The notes beneath the pieces were generated by a model that was not told the DNA's origin, did no database searches, and saw only the letters and a program-made list of their open reading frames with translations. Both the position numbers and the translations under genes were made by a program. DNA of 64,000 nt. It comes from Candidatus Howiella intestinavium. GTDB lineage: Bacteria > Bacillota > Clostridia > Oscillospirales > Acutalibacteraceae. The stretch is taken from positions 19,319 through 83,318 of the forward strand of contig CAJFVX010000021.1 in NCBI GenBank assembly GCA_904420585.1, written 5' to 3'. Within the stretch, counting starts at the first letter, position 1, and each line of letters starts with the position of its first letter. Positions 44,865 to 54,069 of this stretch are shown here, in pieces.

Positions 44865-45824
44865 ATGAATAATACAAGCGCACCGGTCAAAGCCGCCAAG
44901 CCTCCCAAGGCGAGGAAGCCCCGCAAGTCGCGGCTCCGCGCCCGGGAAAATCTGTGGGGGTATGTCTTTACCGCACCCTGGGTACTGGGCTTCTGCTTCT
45001 TCTTCGCCTATCCCATTGTCTATTCCTTGATTCTGGCCTTTGGCCGGATTACCGACCTGACCAACTTCTCTACCCAGTTCGTGGGCTTTGAGAACTTCAT
45101 CAACGCCTTTACCCGCGACGAGCAGTTCCTGCCGCTTTTGGGACAGTCCCTGGGCGATATGCTGATTAAAACCCCGGTGGTCGTGGTTTTCTCCCTGTTT
45201 ATCGCCATTCTGCTGAACCGGAACATCAAGGGGCGCGGCCTCTTCCGCGTCTTCTTCTTCCTGCCGGTTCTCCTGGGTACCGGTATCGTGCTGAGCACCA
45301 TCAACGGCAGCCTGGGCAACGATTCGGCCCAGCTGGCCCAGGAGGCGGCCCAGCAGGCCGCTACCGGCACGGATATGCAGGGCTATTCCTCCTCGGTTGG
45401 CCTGACGGTTATGCTGCTGGGGCCGGATCTGGCCCTGATACTGGAGGATATCCTGACCGTGGTTACCGACGTGCTTTGGATGTCGGGTATCCAGATCGTT
45501 ATCTTCCTGGGCGCCCTGCAGACCATCCCCTCCTCCTACTATGAGGCGGCCTACTGCGACGGCGCTTCCGAATGGGAGAAGTTCTGGAAGATCACCCTGC
45601 CCCTGACCATGCCCAATATCCTGCTGAACACGGTTTATACCATGATTGACTACCTGAGCAGTACGGACAACGAGGTGGTCACCTACATCCGGGATACGGG
45701 CCTTACAGGCGGCAACGTGACCTTCGGCAGCGCCATGGGCTGGGTTTACTTCCTGACGTCCGGTATCATCATCCTGATTGTCTTCCTGATTCTGAAACGG
45801 TTTACGTTCTATGGAGATGAATAA
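44865..45824 (+). CDS. ABC sugar permease, MalF/UgpA-type (pair 2)
   Basis: RBS GAGGAGG. EAA loop YYEAAYCDGASEWEKFWKITLPLTMP. Confidence 0.92.
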   Translation: MNNTSAPVKAAKPPKARKPRKSRLRARENLWGYVFTAPWVLGFCFFFAYPIVYSLILAFGRITDLTNFSTQFVGFENFINAFTRDEQFLPLLGQSLGDMLIKTPVVVVFSLFIAILLNRNIKGRGLFRVFFFLPVLLGTGIVLSTINGSLGNDSAQLAQEAAQQAATGTDMQGYSSSVGLTVMLLGPDLALILEDILTVVTDVLWMSGIQIVIFLGALQTIPSSYYEAAYCDGASEWEKFWKITLPLTMPNILLNTVYTMIDYLSSTDNEVVTYIRDTGLTGGNVTFGSAMGWVYFLTSGIIILIVFLILKRFTFYGDE

Positions 45825-45863
45825 GCAGATGAAAATCGACAGAAAAGAGAAGGAGGCAATCGT

Positions 45864-46778
45864 ATGACCGGAAAGCTTTCGCTGAAAACCCAGAGCCGTC
45901 TGGCGACTGCGAAAAAGTATTCGGGCAAGTTTATCATAAACCTGATTATTTACATCCTGCTGATTGAATTTGCCTTTACGTTCCTGTATCCCTTCATCTA
46001 TATGATCCTGAACTCCTTAAAGTACGACTACGAGGTCATCGACGCGACCAAGCAGTGGATCATTACGGATATCAACTGGAACAACTATGTAAGCGCCTTT
46101 GAGGGACTGGATTATATGAAGTCCCTGGTGAATACCCTGATTGTGGTGCTGGGCAGCACCCTGGGCCATATCATCTCCTGCTCCCTGGCTGGATACGGCT
46201 TCGCCCGGTTTAAGTTCAAGGGCAGCAGCCTGATGTTCGGTTTGGCCATGCTGAACCTGATTATCCCCTCGGCCCTGATGATTATGCCCCTGTACATTCA
46301 GTTCTCCAAGTTCCACATGATGGGCACCTACCTGCCGATTATCCTGCCCTCTTTCTTCGGCTTCGGGCTGAAGGGCGGCATCTACATCTTCCTGTTCCGG
46401 CAGTTCTTCAAATCCCTGCCGGTATCCTACGAGGAAGCCGCCAAAATCGAAGGCTGCTCCATGCTGCAGGTTTTTGTCCGCATTATGCTCCCCATCGCGC
46501 GGACGACCATCCTGGTGGTCTTTATCCTCTCGGTGGTGTGGCACTGGAACGACTACTTTGAACCGGCGACCTATCTGTCGGGCAACCTGCAGATTCTCAG
46601 CCAGAAGATATCGTCGGTGGCCAGCGCTTCAGCTACGGTAACGTCGGCTGTGGGCGCCAGCGTCAATATGACGGCTCTGGCGGCCTGCGTGCTGGTTATC
46701 CTGCCGCTGCTGATTGTCTACTTCATCTTCCAGAAGCAATTCATGGAAGGCGTGGAGTTCAGCGGCCTGGCCAACTAA
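45864..46778 (+). CDS. ABC sugar permease, MalG/UgpE-type (pair 2)
   Basis: RBS GAAGGAGG. EAA loop SYEEAAKIEGCSMLQVFVRIMLPIART. Confidence 0.92.
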   Translation: MTGKLSLKTQSRLATAKKYSGKFIINLIIYILLIEFAFTFLYPFIYMILNSLKYDYEVIDATKQWIITDINWNNYVSAFEGLDYMKSLVNTLIVVLGSTLGHIISCSLAGYGFARFKFKGSSLMFGLAMLNLIIPSALMIMPLYIQFSKFHMMGTYLPIILPSFFGFGLKGGIYIFLFRQFFKSLPVSYEEAAKIEGCSMLQVFVRIMLPIARTTILVVFILSVVWHWNDYFEPATYLSGNLQILSQKISSVASASATVTSAVGASVNMTALAACVLVILPLLIVYFIFQKQFMEGVEFSGLAN

Positions 46779-46791
46779 AGGACTTTGATGC

Positions 46792-46830
46792 AAAAACTCC
46801 CGGATGGCTTTCGCCGTCCGGGAGTTTTTC
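46792..46830 (+). terminator. rho-independent terminator closing the seven-gene operon
   Basis: actcccgga-N12-tccgggagt followed by TTTTC, 14 nt after stop 46778. Confidence 0.8.
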
Positions 46831-46889
46831 TGCCCGCCTGTTATGGCGGCAGGGAAGAGGGGCGCTTGCGGCGGGACACCCGGCCGCCC

Positions 46890-47075
46890 TTGCTCTCGCC
46901 CGGGCCGGAAGAAGAGGTGGAGATAGGCTATCTGTTCGAACGGCGGTTTTGGCATAGGGGGTACGCCACCGAAGCGGCCTGCGGCTGCCGCGCCCCTCTT
47001 CTTCAGCTTGTGGACTTTGCCGATAAGCTGAAAGCTCCCCCGGTCGAATGGCCGGAGGAGCTTTTTGACGGATAG
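46890..47075 (+). pseudogene. possible remnant of a GNAT acetyltransferase gene
   Basis: Only a short GNAT-like motif (VEIGYLFERRFWHRGYATEAA) is present. There is no N-terminal half or C-terminal motifs, and the upstream part of the ORF is occupied by a terminator. Confidence 0.3.
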
Positions 47076-47081
47076 GCGGAC

Positions 47082-47115
47082 AAAAAGCCAGGCGGGGACA
47101 TCTCTTGGGCCCGCC
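47082..47115 (-). terminator. terminator of the AraC-flavodoxin-maa-yoaK operon
   Basis: Minus-strand hairpin ggcggg-N13-cccgcc followed by ctTTTTTg. Confidence 0.5.
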
Positions 47116-47122
47116 CTTCGCT

Positions 47123-47872
47123 TTAATGCCCGTGGGGCACCTGTCCCAGCTGTCCTTTTTCTTTGATTAAATCCGCGTACAGCAGGTCGGCAAGGATGAC
47201 GCCCAGGGGGATGAGGGAAAGCCAGACGGCTTTGCCCAGCAGCAGCCCGCAGAAGAAGGTGGACGCCACCCCGCCGGCCAAAAAGCTGCACAGCATCCCC
47301 AGATGCATCCCCATGCGCTTAAAATGGCTGCGCCTGTCGGTCGGATGCTGGATGGCTTTGCAGACCGAAAGGCCCACCTGCCGGATATGGTTGGTGCAGA
47401 AGGTGGTGGCCATGGGGACGCCCTCGGCCTGCCGGAAGGTGTTGTACTGCATGGAGCAGATAAAGTTGACCAGCACCTGGGTGATTTGGACGGGGGCGCT
47501 TTCCGGCAGGCATCCCAGGAAGATAACCACGGCGATTTCCACCATAATAAACAGGGTATCCCAGCGGATGAGGCGGAAGCGCTTTACGTATTTGGGCAGC
47601 AGTTCGGAAAGGAACGCGCCGAGGCAGTAGGCGCTGATGGGTATGAGGAAGTAGAGGGCGTGCATCCACTCCCGCCGGCCCAGGGCCATGGCCAGCAGCA
47701 CAAAATTCCCGGTCTGGGCGTTGCAGAACACCCCGCCCCGGATAGAATAGGTAAAGGCGCCGAAATAGCCGCCTACAAAGGTCATCACGGCATAGACCCA
47801 CCGTTTTTCGCAGGCCAGAAAATCCCCCGCCTGGGGCGGCGCGGCAGCCTGCAGGGCCTTTTCCTTTTCCAT
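47123..47872 (-). CDS. YoaK/DUF1275 family membrane protein
   Basis: VYAVMTFVGGYFGAFTYSIRGGVFCNAQTGNFVLLAMAL is typical of DUF1275. ATG 47872 has GGGAGGA 6 nt upstream. Confidence 0.85.
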   Translation of the reverse strand: MEKEKALQAAAPPQAGDFLACEKRWVYAVMTFVGGYFGAFTYSIRGGVFCNAQTGNFVLLAMALGRREWMHALYFLIPISAYCLGAFLSELLPKYVKRFRLIRWDTLFIMVEIAVVIFLGCLPESAPVQITQVLVNFICSMQYNTFRQAEGVPMATTFCTNHIRQVGLSVCKAIQHPTDRRSHFKRMGMHLGMLCSFLAGGVASTFFCGLLLGKAVWLSLIPLGVILADLLYADLIKEKGQLGQVPHGH

Positions 47873-47978
47873 TGGCATTCCTCCCGAATACAGGCGGCGC
47901 AGAAAAACACCCCCTTTGCCGCCCATGGGCACGGTCTGCTCCGCCGGCAAATGGGGTGGTGCGCCGCCGTATGTTCCT

Positions 47979-48593
47979 TTACTTTTCCAAACTTTCTTTT
48001 ACCCGCCGGTCCTTAAAATAAAATTCCCTGTCGTGCTCGCCGATTTCCCGCAGGACCTTGCAGGGCACCCCCAGGGCCACCACATTGGCCGGGATGTCCT
48101 TGGAAACCACGCTGCCGGCGCCGATGACCGTGTTTTCCCCGATGGTGACCCCCGGCAGGATAACCGTGCCGGCCCCGATCCAGCAGTTGCGCCCGATGTG
48201 CACCGGGGCGTTGAACTGGTAGGCCTGCTCCCGCAGCTCGGGCAGGATGGGATGGCCGGCGGTGGCCACGGTTACGTTGGGGCCGAACATGGTGTAATCC
48301 CCCACGTAAATATGGGTGTCGTCCACCATGGTCAGGTTGAAGTTGGCGTAAATATGGCTGCCGAAATGGACGTGTCTGCCGCCGAAATTGGCGTGGAAGG
48401 GGGGCTCGATATAGCAGCCCTCCCCGATTTCCGCAAACATTTCCTTGAGCATGGCCGTCCGCTTGTCCTGCTCGGTGGGACGGGTCATGTTAAAATCGTA
48501 CAGGCGGTCGAGGCAGGCCAGTTGTTCTTTGGCCAAATCCTCATCTGTGGGCAGGTACAGCTCACAGCCGTGCATTTTGGTTTTCACATCCAT
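47979..48593 (-). CDS. maa: maltose/galactoside O-acetyltransferase (hexapeptide-repeat family)
   Basis: N-terminal Mac motif (MHGCELYLPTDEDLAKEQLACLDRLYDFN). LbH repeats (IGRNCWIGAGTVILPGVTIGENTVIGAGSVV). Confidence 0.88.
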   Translation of the reverse strand: MDVKTKMHGCELYLPTDEDLAKEQLACLDRLYDFNMTRPTEQDKRTAMLKEMFAEIGEGCYIEPPFHANFGGRHVHFGSHIYANFNLTMVDDTHIYVGDYTMFGPNVTVATAGHPILPELREQAYQFNAPVHIGRNCWIGAGTVILPGVTIGENTVIGAGSVVSKDIPANVVALGVPCKVLREIGEHDREFYFKDRRVKESLEK

Positions 48594-48623
48594 GGTTTGC
48601 TCCTCCTGTTGTAAAAATCATGG

Positions 48624-49166
48624 CTAGGCCTGCCGCATATATTCCAGAATGGGCGCGATGGAGGCCTTATCCGTAAAATCCACCTTTTGTCCATAGGTGC
48701 GCAGCAGCTCCCTGTCCTCCTGCCGCAGGGTGTCCGGGTCTTTTCCCAAAAGCATCCGGCGCAGCATGGCCATCATGGCCCTGTGCACCGGCCCCAGCCG
48801 CGCATAATCGATACCGCCCCGCAGATGGAAAATTTCCACGGCCTCCACCATGGGCGGCGTCAGAATTTTATCCAGCCCCGCGCGGATATGGGATACATTC
48901 TCCGGATCCGAAGGGTCGGCCAGCCCGCAGGTAAAGAGGGCCAGCCTTTTGCCCTTAAGCCGCTGGAAGTTTTTGGCCAAAAGGGAAATGCCGCCCACGC
49001 CTCCCGCGTACAGCCCGCCGCCGAAGAGAAGGGCGTCGTAGGGCTCCAGCGCGGCGGGACGCAGGCCCCTCGCGTCCAGCAGGTCGCAGGAAAGGGCCTC
49101 GGCAATCCAGGCGGCGTACTGCCGGGTAAACCCGTATTTGGATGTGTATACCACGGCGGTTTTCAT
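48624..49166 (-). CDS. flavodoxin-domain protein
   Basis: MKTAVVYTSKYGFTRQYAAWIAE, and a Gly-rich segment LLFGGGLYAGGVGG. Confidence 0.75.
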   Translation of the reverse strand: MKTAVVYTSKYGFTRQYAAWIAEALSCDLLDARGLRPAALEPYDALLFGGGLYAGGVGGISLLAKNFQRLKGKRLALFTCGLADPSDPENVSHIRAGLDKILTPPMVEAVEIFHLRGGIDYARLGPVHRAMMAMLRRMLLGKDPDTLRQEDRELLRTYGQKVDFTDKASIAPILEYMRQA

Positions 49167-49185
49167 GCAAAATCCCTCCTACCGT

Positions 49186-49986
49186 TTATCCCTTGCGCAG
49201 GCTGCGCTTATATTCCTTGGGCGTGGTCTGGTAGAGCAGCTGGAAATACCGGTTGAAATTCCGGATGTTCTGGAATCCGGAGCGGGCGGCGATTTCTTCA
49301 ATTCCCGCGTCCGACTCCCGCATGAGGGAGGCTGCGTGGCGCACCCGCAGGGTGTTGATGTACCGGTTGAAACCGCAGCCCAGGACGGAATTGAAAAACC
49401 GGGAAATATAGCATTTGTTGTATCCGCACTGCCGGGCGATGTCGTCCAGGGTCAGGGGCTCCAGATAGTGGTTATCTATATACAGCAGGATATTCCGGGT
49501 CAGGGAGGGCATGCCGCCCCCCTTGCTCAAGGGCTTTATGCCGATTTGCTGTATGAATATCCCCAGCAGCACATAGAGATAGCCGGTAACCAGCATGGTA
49601 TTGTCGGTGCGGTGGTAGAAATCCAGTTTGTTGATGACCGTCTCCAAATCGCTGATGTGGGGCCCGGGGGGCAGGAAGGGGGAGGCAAAGCATTTATTCT
49701 GCATAAAGGCGCCGAACTGCCCTATCATATCCAGCGGGATGACCAGGATACGGGCGTCGGAATACCGGGGGGTCTGATAGGTGTGGACGTCGTAGCTGTT
49801 GGCGATAGAGGCCCAGCCGTGGGTCAGCAGGCGGGTCTCGCCGTTGATGGTGACCTCCATTTCCCCGTCTTCCACATATACCGTTTCCACATGGGAGTGG
49901 AAGTGAGGCTGACAGAAATTGCTGACGCGGGGGCGGATGTCCAGGGATTTGTCGTATTCTACATTTCTTTCCAAAAAGGCCTGCAA
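49186..49986 (-). CDS. AraC-family transcriptional regulator (cupin + HTH)
   Basis: N-terminal cupin (HFHSHVETVYVEDGEMEV). C-terminal AraC HTH (LTLDDIARQCGYNKCYISRFF ... IEEIAARSGFQNIRNFNRYF). Confidence 0.92.
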   Translation of the reverse strand: MQAFLERNVEYDKSLDIRPRVSNFCQPHFHSHVETVYVEDGEMEVTINGETRLLTHGWASIANSYDVHTYQTPRYSDARILVIPLDMIGQFGAFMQNKCFASPFLPPGPHISDLETVINKLDFYHRTDNTMLVTGYLYVLLGIFIQQIGIKPLSKGGGMPSLTRNILLYIDNHYLEPLTLDDIARQCGYNKCYISRFFNSVLGCGFNRYINTLRVRHAASLMRESDAGIEEIAARSGFQNIRNFNRYFQLLYQTTPKEYKRSLRKG

Positions 49987-50178
49987 AGCCGCCGCCCTCC
50001 TTTCCCATAGGGCAATTTTTTGCGGTTCCCTTTTATTTTACGCATGAAAAAGGGTTCTGTCAATGACCACTTGGGGCGAAAGGGTCCGCCGCTGATTGCC
50101 AGGGGCGGCCTGCCGTGTTACAATAAAAGAGAAAATTGCCCGCGGGCTGTCCCAGCCTGTAAAAAAGGGGGAATCCAT

Positions 50179-51444
50179 GTGAATAAACGCCGCATTGCCA
50201 TAGGGTCTGTGGCCCTTCTGATCATACTGGCTCTTCTGGCCGGGTCGGCCGTCTTTGTTTATGTAAATAACCGCCGGCAGGAAGCCCAGGTGGAGATGGA
50301 CGGTGTGCTCTATAATCAGCAGGACTTGCTGGGTTACCGGAGTCCTTATGACCAGGTTATCCAGCCGCTGTGCAAACCCTGCCTGCAGGGGGAGGACCGG
50401 CTGCTGTACAGCGCCCTGCTGTATGCCTACGAAAAGGGCATATCGGAAATCCGCCTGCAGACCCAAACGCCCTACACCGAGACAGATGTGTTTTCCATCC
50501 TGTCCATGGTCAAAGCCGATTATCCCCAGTTTATGACCACCACTCTGGAAAGCAAATTTTCCATCAGCCGGGACGAGGAAGGGGTGCTTACCATCCAAAT
50601 CCCCGAGACCGAACTGGCGTATATTGTGGGCGGGGAAATAATAGAGCAAGCGGCCGCCCAGCTGGAAGCCATGCCGTCCGCCGGGGTTGATGGCATGGGA
50701 GACGAGGCCCGGCAGGCCTATGCCATATACAGCTACATGCTGGACACCATGGCCTATAAAGCCGAAGGCAGCCTGGAAGAGGGGACGGGCTGGAACTTTA
50801 CCATCCGGGGCGCCCTTATGGATAAGCAGGCCCAGTGCAACGGTCTGGCGGGGGCCTTCCAGCTTTTCTGCCGGCTGAAAGGCATCGAGTGCTACAAGGT
50901 GTTCTACCGGGGCCGGGACGTGGGCCGGGAGTACGGGCACGTCTGGAATGTGGTGCGGCTGGATGGGCAGTGGTGCCATGTGGACGTCACCGCCGCCCTG
51001 CAGTGCAAGGAAAGCCAAATCAACTACCTTACCGGGGAGGGCCTGTCGCCCCAGGTGGATATCCCCGACTTTTTCGGTATGCCGGACGCCGAGGCCCTGG
51101 CCGACGGGCTCACCTATACCGGCGTGCTGGCCGATAAGGTCCCCGCCTGCCCGGCTACCTTAAGCGGGCGGGAGCAGCTGTACGACGTGACGGAGGCGGC
51201 GGGGGGCGAGGAGGAGGCTGCCCTGGCCGCCCGGGCCGGCCAGGTGCTGGCCGCCCGGCAGCAGGAGGCGGCGCCTGCCGTCTGCATCCGGTTTGCCGAC
51301 CAGACGGGCCTTACCGCCTTCCGGGAAAACCTCTTTGACGGCGCCGCCTACATCTCGCTGCTCATGGAGAATGTGGCGTACAACGCCGGGGTATACGTTT
51401 TTCAAAGCCAGTCTACCTTATATATCTATCTGCAGCCGGCATAA
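50179..51444 (+). CDS. membrane-anchored transglutaminase-like protein
   Basis: GTG after AAAGGGGGAA. N-terminal TM. Cys-His-Asp core QCNGLAGAFQLFC ... YGHVWNVVRLDGQWCHVDVT. Confidence 0.8.
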   Translation: MNKRRIAIGSVALLIILALLAGSAVFVYVNNRRQEAQVEMDGVLYNQQDLLGYRSPYDQVIQPLCKPCLQGEDRLLYSALLYAYEKGISEIRLQTQTPYTETDVFSILSMVKADYPQFMTTTLESKFSISRDEEGVLTIQIPETELAYIVGGEIIEQAAAQLEAMPSAGVDGMGDEARQAYAIYSYMLDTMAYKAEGSLEEGTGWNFTIRGALMDKQAQCNGLAGAFQLFCRLKGIECYKVFYRGRDVGREYGHVWNVVRLDGQWCHVDVTAALQCKESQINYLTGEGLSPQVDIPDFFGMPDAEALADGLTYTGVLADKVPACPATLSGREQLYDVTEAAGGEEEAALAARAGQVLAARQQEAAPAVCIRFADQTGLTAFRENLFDGAAYISLLMENVAYNAGVYVFQSQSTLYIYLQPA

Positions 51445-51456
51445 AAAGCCGTCCCT

Positions 51457-51483
51457 CAGCTTGTCGACTTTGTCGACAAGCTG
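51457..51483 (+). terminator. perfect 12-bp hairpin after the transglutaminase-like gene (no T-tract)
   Basis: cagcttgtcgac-ttt-gtcgacaagctg. It is the first of four hairpins in the 51445-51656 spacer. Confidence 0.45.
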
Positions 51484-51656
51484 TAGAAGAGGGGCGAGCC
51501 CCCCTTCTAACATTCCCCCTAAAAATCCCGCAGAAGCGGGATTTGTCGTATGCGTGACCCGACGCACATGTCGCCGGTTTCTGCGATACAAATGGCTTCC
51601 ATTGGTTTTTTCGACAGACTGAGGGCGTTCCGGAAAACCGGAACGCCCTTACAAAC

Positions 51657-52226
51657 CTATGCTTTTTCGGCCTGCAGTTCGTCCACGGCCGCCCGGATTT
51701 TCAGAAAATCCTCAAAGGCTGCCGGCTTCTGTCCCGGGTTGCGCAGTAAGGCGGCCGGATGGAAGGTGCCCATGAACCGGATACCGCCCTTTTCTATCCA
51801 TTCCCCGTGCTGCCGGGTGACCTTAAATCCGGGGTCAATCAGGCGGCAGGCGGCGATGCGACCCAGGCATACGATGATTTTCGGCCGGATGATGCGCACC
51901 TGCTCCCGCAAAAAACCGATACAGCTTTCGGTTTCCTCCGGCTTGGGGTCCCGGTTCTGGGGCGGCCGGCATTTGACCATATTGCCGATGTAAACCATGG
52001 AGCGGTCCAGGTCCACGGCGGCCAGGAATTTATCCAGCAGCTGGCCGGCCCGGCCCACAAAGGCCCGGCCGGTCAAATCCTCCTGCTGGCCGGGGCCTTC
52101 GCCGATAAACATCAGGTCGGTGTGCGGATTGCCGTCGCCGAAGACCACATTGGTGCGGGTTTCCCAAAGGGGACAGGCCTTGCAGGCCTTACAGCGCGCC
52201 TCCAGCGCGTTCCATTTTTCGTTCAT
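51657..52226 (-). CDS. family 4 uracil-DNA glycosylase
   Basis: ATG 52226 after AGGAGAGA. Fe-S Cys cluster CKACKACPL, motif A FIGEGPGQQED, motif B GTFHPAALLR. Confidence 0.92.
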   Translation of the reverse strand: MNEKWNALEARCKACKACPLWETRTNVVFGDGNPHTDLMFIGEGPGQQEDLTGRAFVGRAGQLLDKFLAAVDLDRSMVYIGNMVKCRPPQNRDPKPEETESCIGFLREQVRIIRPKIIVCLGRIAACRLIDPGFKVTRQHGEWIEKGGIRFMGTFHPAALLRNPGQKPAAFEDFLKIRAAVDELQAEKA

Positions 52227-52432
52227 GATATGTCTCTCCTGTCTGACGGCCGGCGGCGGGGCCCCGGACGCCTGGGGGTTTACCGGTATTATAGCATTTT
52301 TTGTCCGCCGGTGCAAACAGGCCTTGCAAATTGGGGGCTGGACTGCTACAATAATCCCTGTAATAAGCCGCCGGCCGCGCGGACGGTCAAAATCGTAGTT
52401 TATAGCTGCGCGGAGAAAGAGGAGTTTGCACA

Positions 52433-53008
52433 ATGGAAAAACCTGTCCTTGCGGAAATTTCCGCCCGCCATGTCCATTTGTCCAAGGAGCATCTGGCCGT
52501 CCTGTTCGGCGAGGGCTACCAGCTGACCAATAAAAAAGACCTGTCCCAGCCGGGCCAGTTCGCCTGCGAGGAGCGGGTGACAGTGGTAGGCCCCAAGCGG
52601 GAACTGAAAAACGTTTCCATCCTGGGTCCCGTCCGGCCCGAATCCCAGGTGGAACTGTCCATGACCGACGCCCGGTCCATCGGCGTCAGCGCGCCGGTGC
52701 GGGAGTCGGGGGATTTGGAGGGTTCGGCTCCCTGTAAGCTCATCGGCCCCTGCGGGGAAGTGGAGCTGCAGCAGGGCGTCATCATCGCCAAGCGCCATAT
52801 CCATATGACGCCGGAGGACGCCGAGAAGTACGGCATGCAGGACAAGCAGATTGTCCGGGTTGCGGTCAAGTCGGCCGAGCGCAGCCTGATTTTTGAAGAT
52901 GTGGTCTGCCGGGTGAGCCCCAAGTACGCCCTGGCCATGCATCTGGATACCGACGAGGCCAACGCCGCCGGTATGGCCGGCAGCTGCACCGCCTATATTC
53001 TGGACTAA
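52433..53008 (+). CDS. pduL: phosphate propanoyl/acetyl-transferase PduL
   Basis: Duplicated PduL motifs ISARHVHLSKEHLAVLFG and IAKRHIHMTPEDAEKYG. Confidence 0.92.
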   Translation: MEKPVLAEISARHVHLSKEHLAVLFGEGYQLTNKKDLSQPGQFACEERVTVVGPKRELKNVSILGPVRPESQVELSMTDARSIGVSAPVRESGDLEGSAPCKLIGPCGEVELQQGVIIAKRHIHMTPEDAEKYGMQDKQIVRVAVKSAERSLIFEDVVCRVSPKYALAMHLDTDEANAAGMAGSCTAYILD

Positions 53009-53017
53009 ATCTTATCC

Positions 53018-53048
53018 CGGCCGGCAAGGGTTGCTTTGCCGGCCTTTT
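53018..53048 (+). terminator. rho-independent terminator of pduL
   Basis: ggccggcaa-N8-ttgccggcc followed by TTTTT. Confidence 0.8.
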
Positions 53049-53091
53049 TGCGCCCTTTGGGGCGCAGGTTTGGGGAAAGCGGGGGAGGGCC

Positions 53092-53661
53092 ATGCCTGTT
53101 TTGAACCCGGGGACCGGCCCGGTGCTGCGCGGGGGCGGCCTTGCGGTTTTCCCCCTGCCGCCGGCGGCCTTCCGGCTCCTGCTGGAGGATGGGGCCGCCT
53201 TCGGGCAGGCGTGGGGGATGCGTGTTCCCGGCGGGATGTGGGATGCCGATACACGGGCGGCCCTGAAAGCCCTCTGCCGAAAGGCGGAAGGGCTTTCCCG
53301 CCGGCAGATGGAAAAGGGCCGCTGGCGCTGGTACGCGGTTTGGCTCATCCTGCAGGGGGACTGCATCGTGGGCAGCGCCTGTTTCCTGGGCCCGCCCTGC
53401 GCCGCCGGCTGGGTGGAACTGGGCTATTGTATCCAAGCGGCTTTCCGGGGGAAGGGATACATGACCACGGCGGCCGGCCTGCTGACCGCCTGGGCCATGG
53501 AGCAGCCCGGGGTCCGGTCGGTGCGGGCCCAGACGGCCCGGGACAATTCGGCTTCCTGCCGGGTGCTGGAAAAGTGCGGATTTCGTGTTATACGGGTTTT
53601 ACCGGCCGAGGGCGGGGAAGAATGGGTTTGGGAATACGGCGGCGTCCCGCCCGTCCTGTAA
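53092..53661 (+). CDS. GNAT-family N-acetyltransferase
   Basis: VELGYCIQAAFRGKGYMTTAAGLLTAWAM ... ARDNSASCRVLEKCGFRV. Confidence 0.85.
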   Translation: MPVLNPGTGPVLRGGGLAVFPLPPAAFRLLLEDGAAFGQAWGMRVPGGMWDADTRAALKALCRKAEGLSRRQMEKGRWRWYAVWLILQGDCIVGSACFLGPPCAAGWVELGYCIQAAFRGKGYMTTAAGLLTAWAMEQPGVRSVRAQTARDNSASCRVLEKCGFRVIRVLPAEGGEEWVWEYGGVPPVL

Positions 53662-53739
53662 GGAGTCCGACATATAAACGGAAATGGGGTTTTTACCGGC
53701 CGGCTTTTTGGATAAGAGGGGGGAATTTGCAAAAAGAAC

Positions 53740-53768
53740 TTGCAAATCTTCCGAAAAGGTGGTAATAT
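53740..53768 (+). promoter_or_regulatory. candidate rpsT promoter
   Basis: TTGCAA, 17-nt spacer, extended -10 TGGTAATAT. Confidence 0.55.
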
Positions 53769-53802
53769 AGTTTTACTTAAATGCTGGCAAGGAGGTGGAA
53801 TC

Positions 53803-54069
53803 ATGCCCAACATTAAATCCGCCAAGAAGCGGGTCCTTGTTACCGAGAGGAATAATCTGCGGAACAAGAGCTGCCGTTCTGCTCTGAAGACCGAGATTAA
53901 GAAGGCCGACGCCGCGCTGTCCGGTAAGGACGCCGATATGGATGCAGCTGTCAAGGCCGCTATCAAGAAGATTGATCAGGCCGTTTCCAAGGGTGTCCTG
54001 CATAAGAATACGGCTGCCCGGAAGAAGTCTGCCCTGGCCGTTAAGCTGAATAAAGCCAAGGTTTCGTAA
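53803..54069 (+). CDS. rpsT: 30S ribosomal protein S20
   Basis: [23 protein letters not shown]..., RBS AAGGAGG. Confidence 0.97.
   Translation: MPNIKSAKKRVLVTERNNLRNKSCRSALKTEIKKADAALSGKDADMDAAVKAAIKKIDQAVSKGVLHKNTAARKKSALAVKLNKAKVS

Noticed and set aside
53031-53765. 244-aa plus-strand ORF overlapping the GNAT gene in another frame
   Set aside because: It starts inside the pduL terminator, its translation is Gly/Arg/Pro-rich, and the GNAT frame carries the family motifs.
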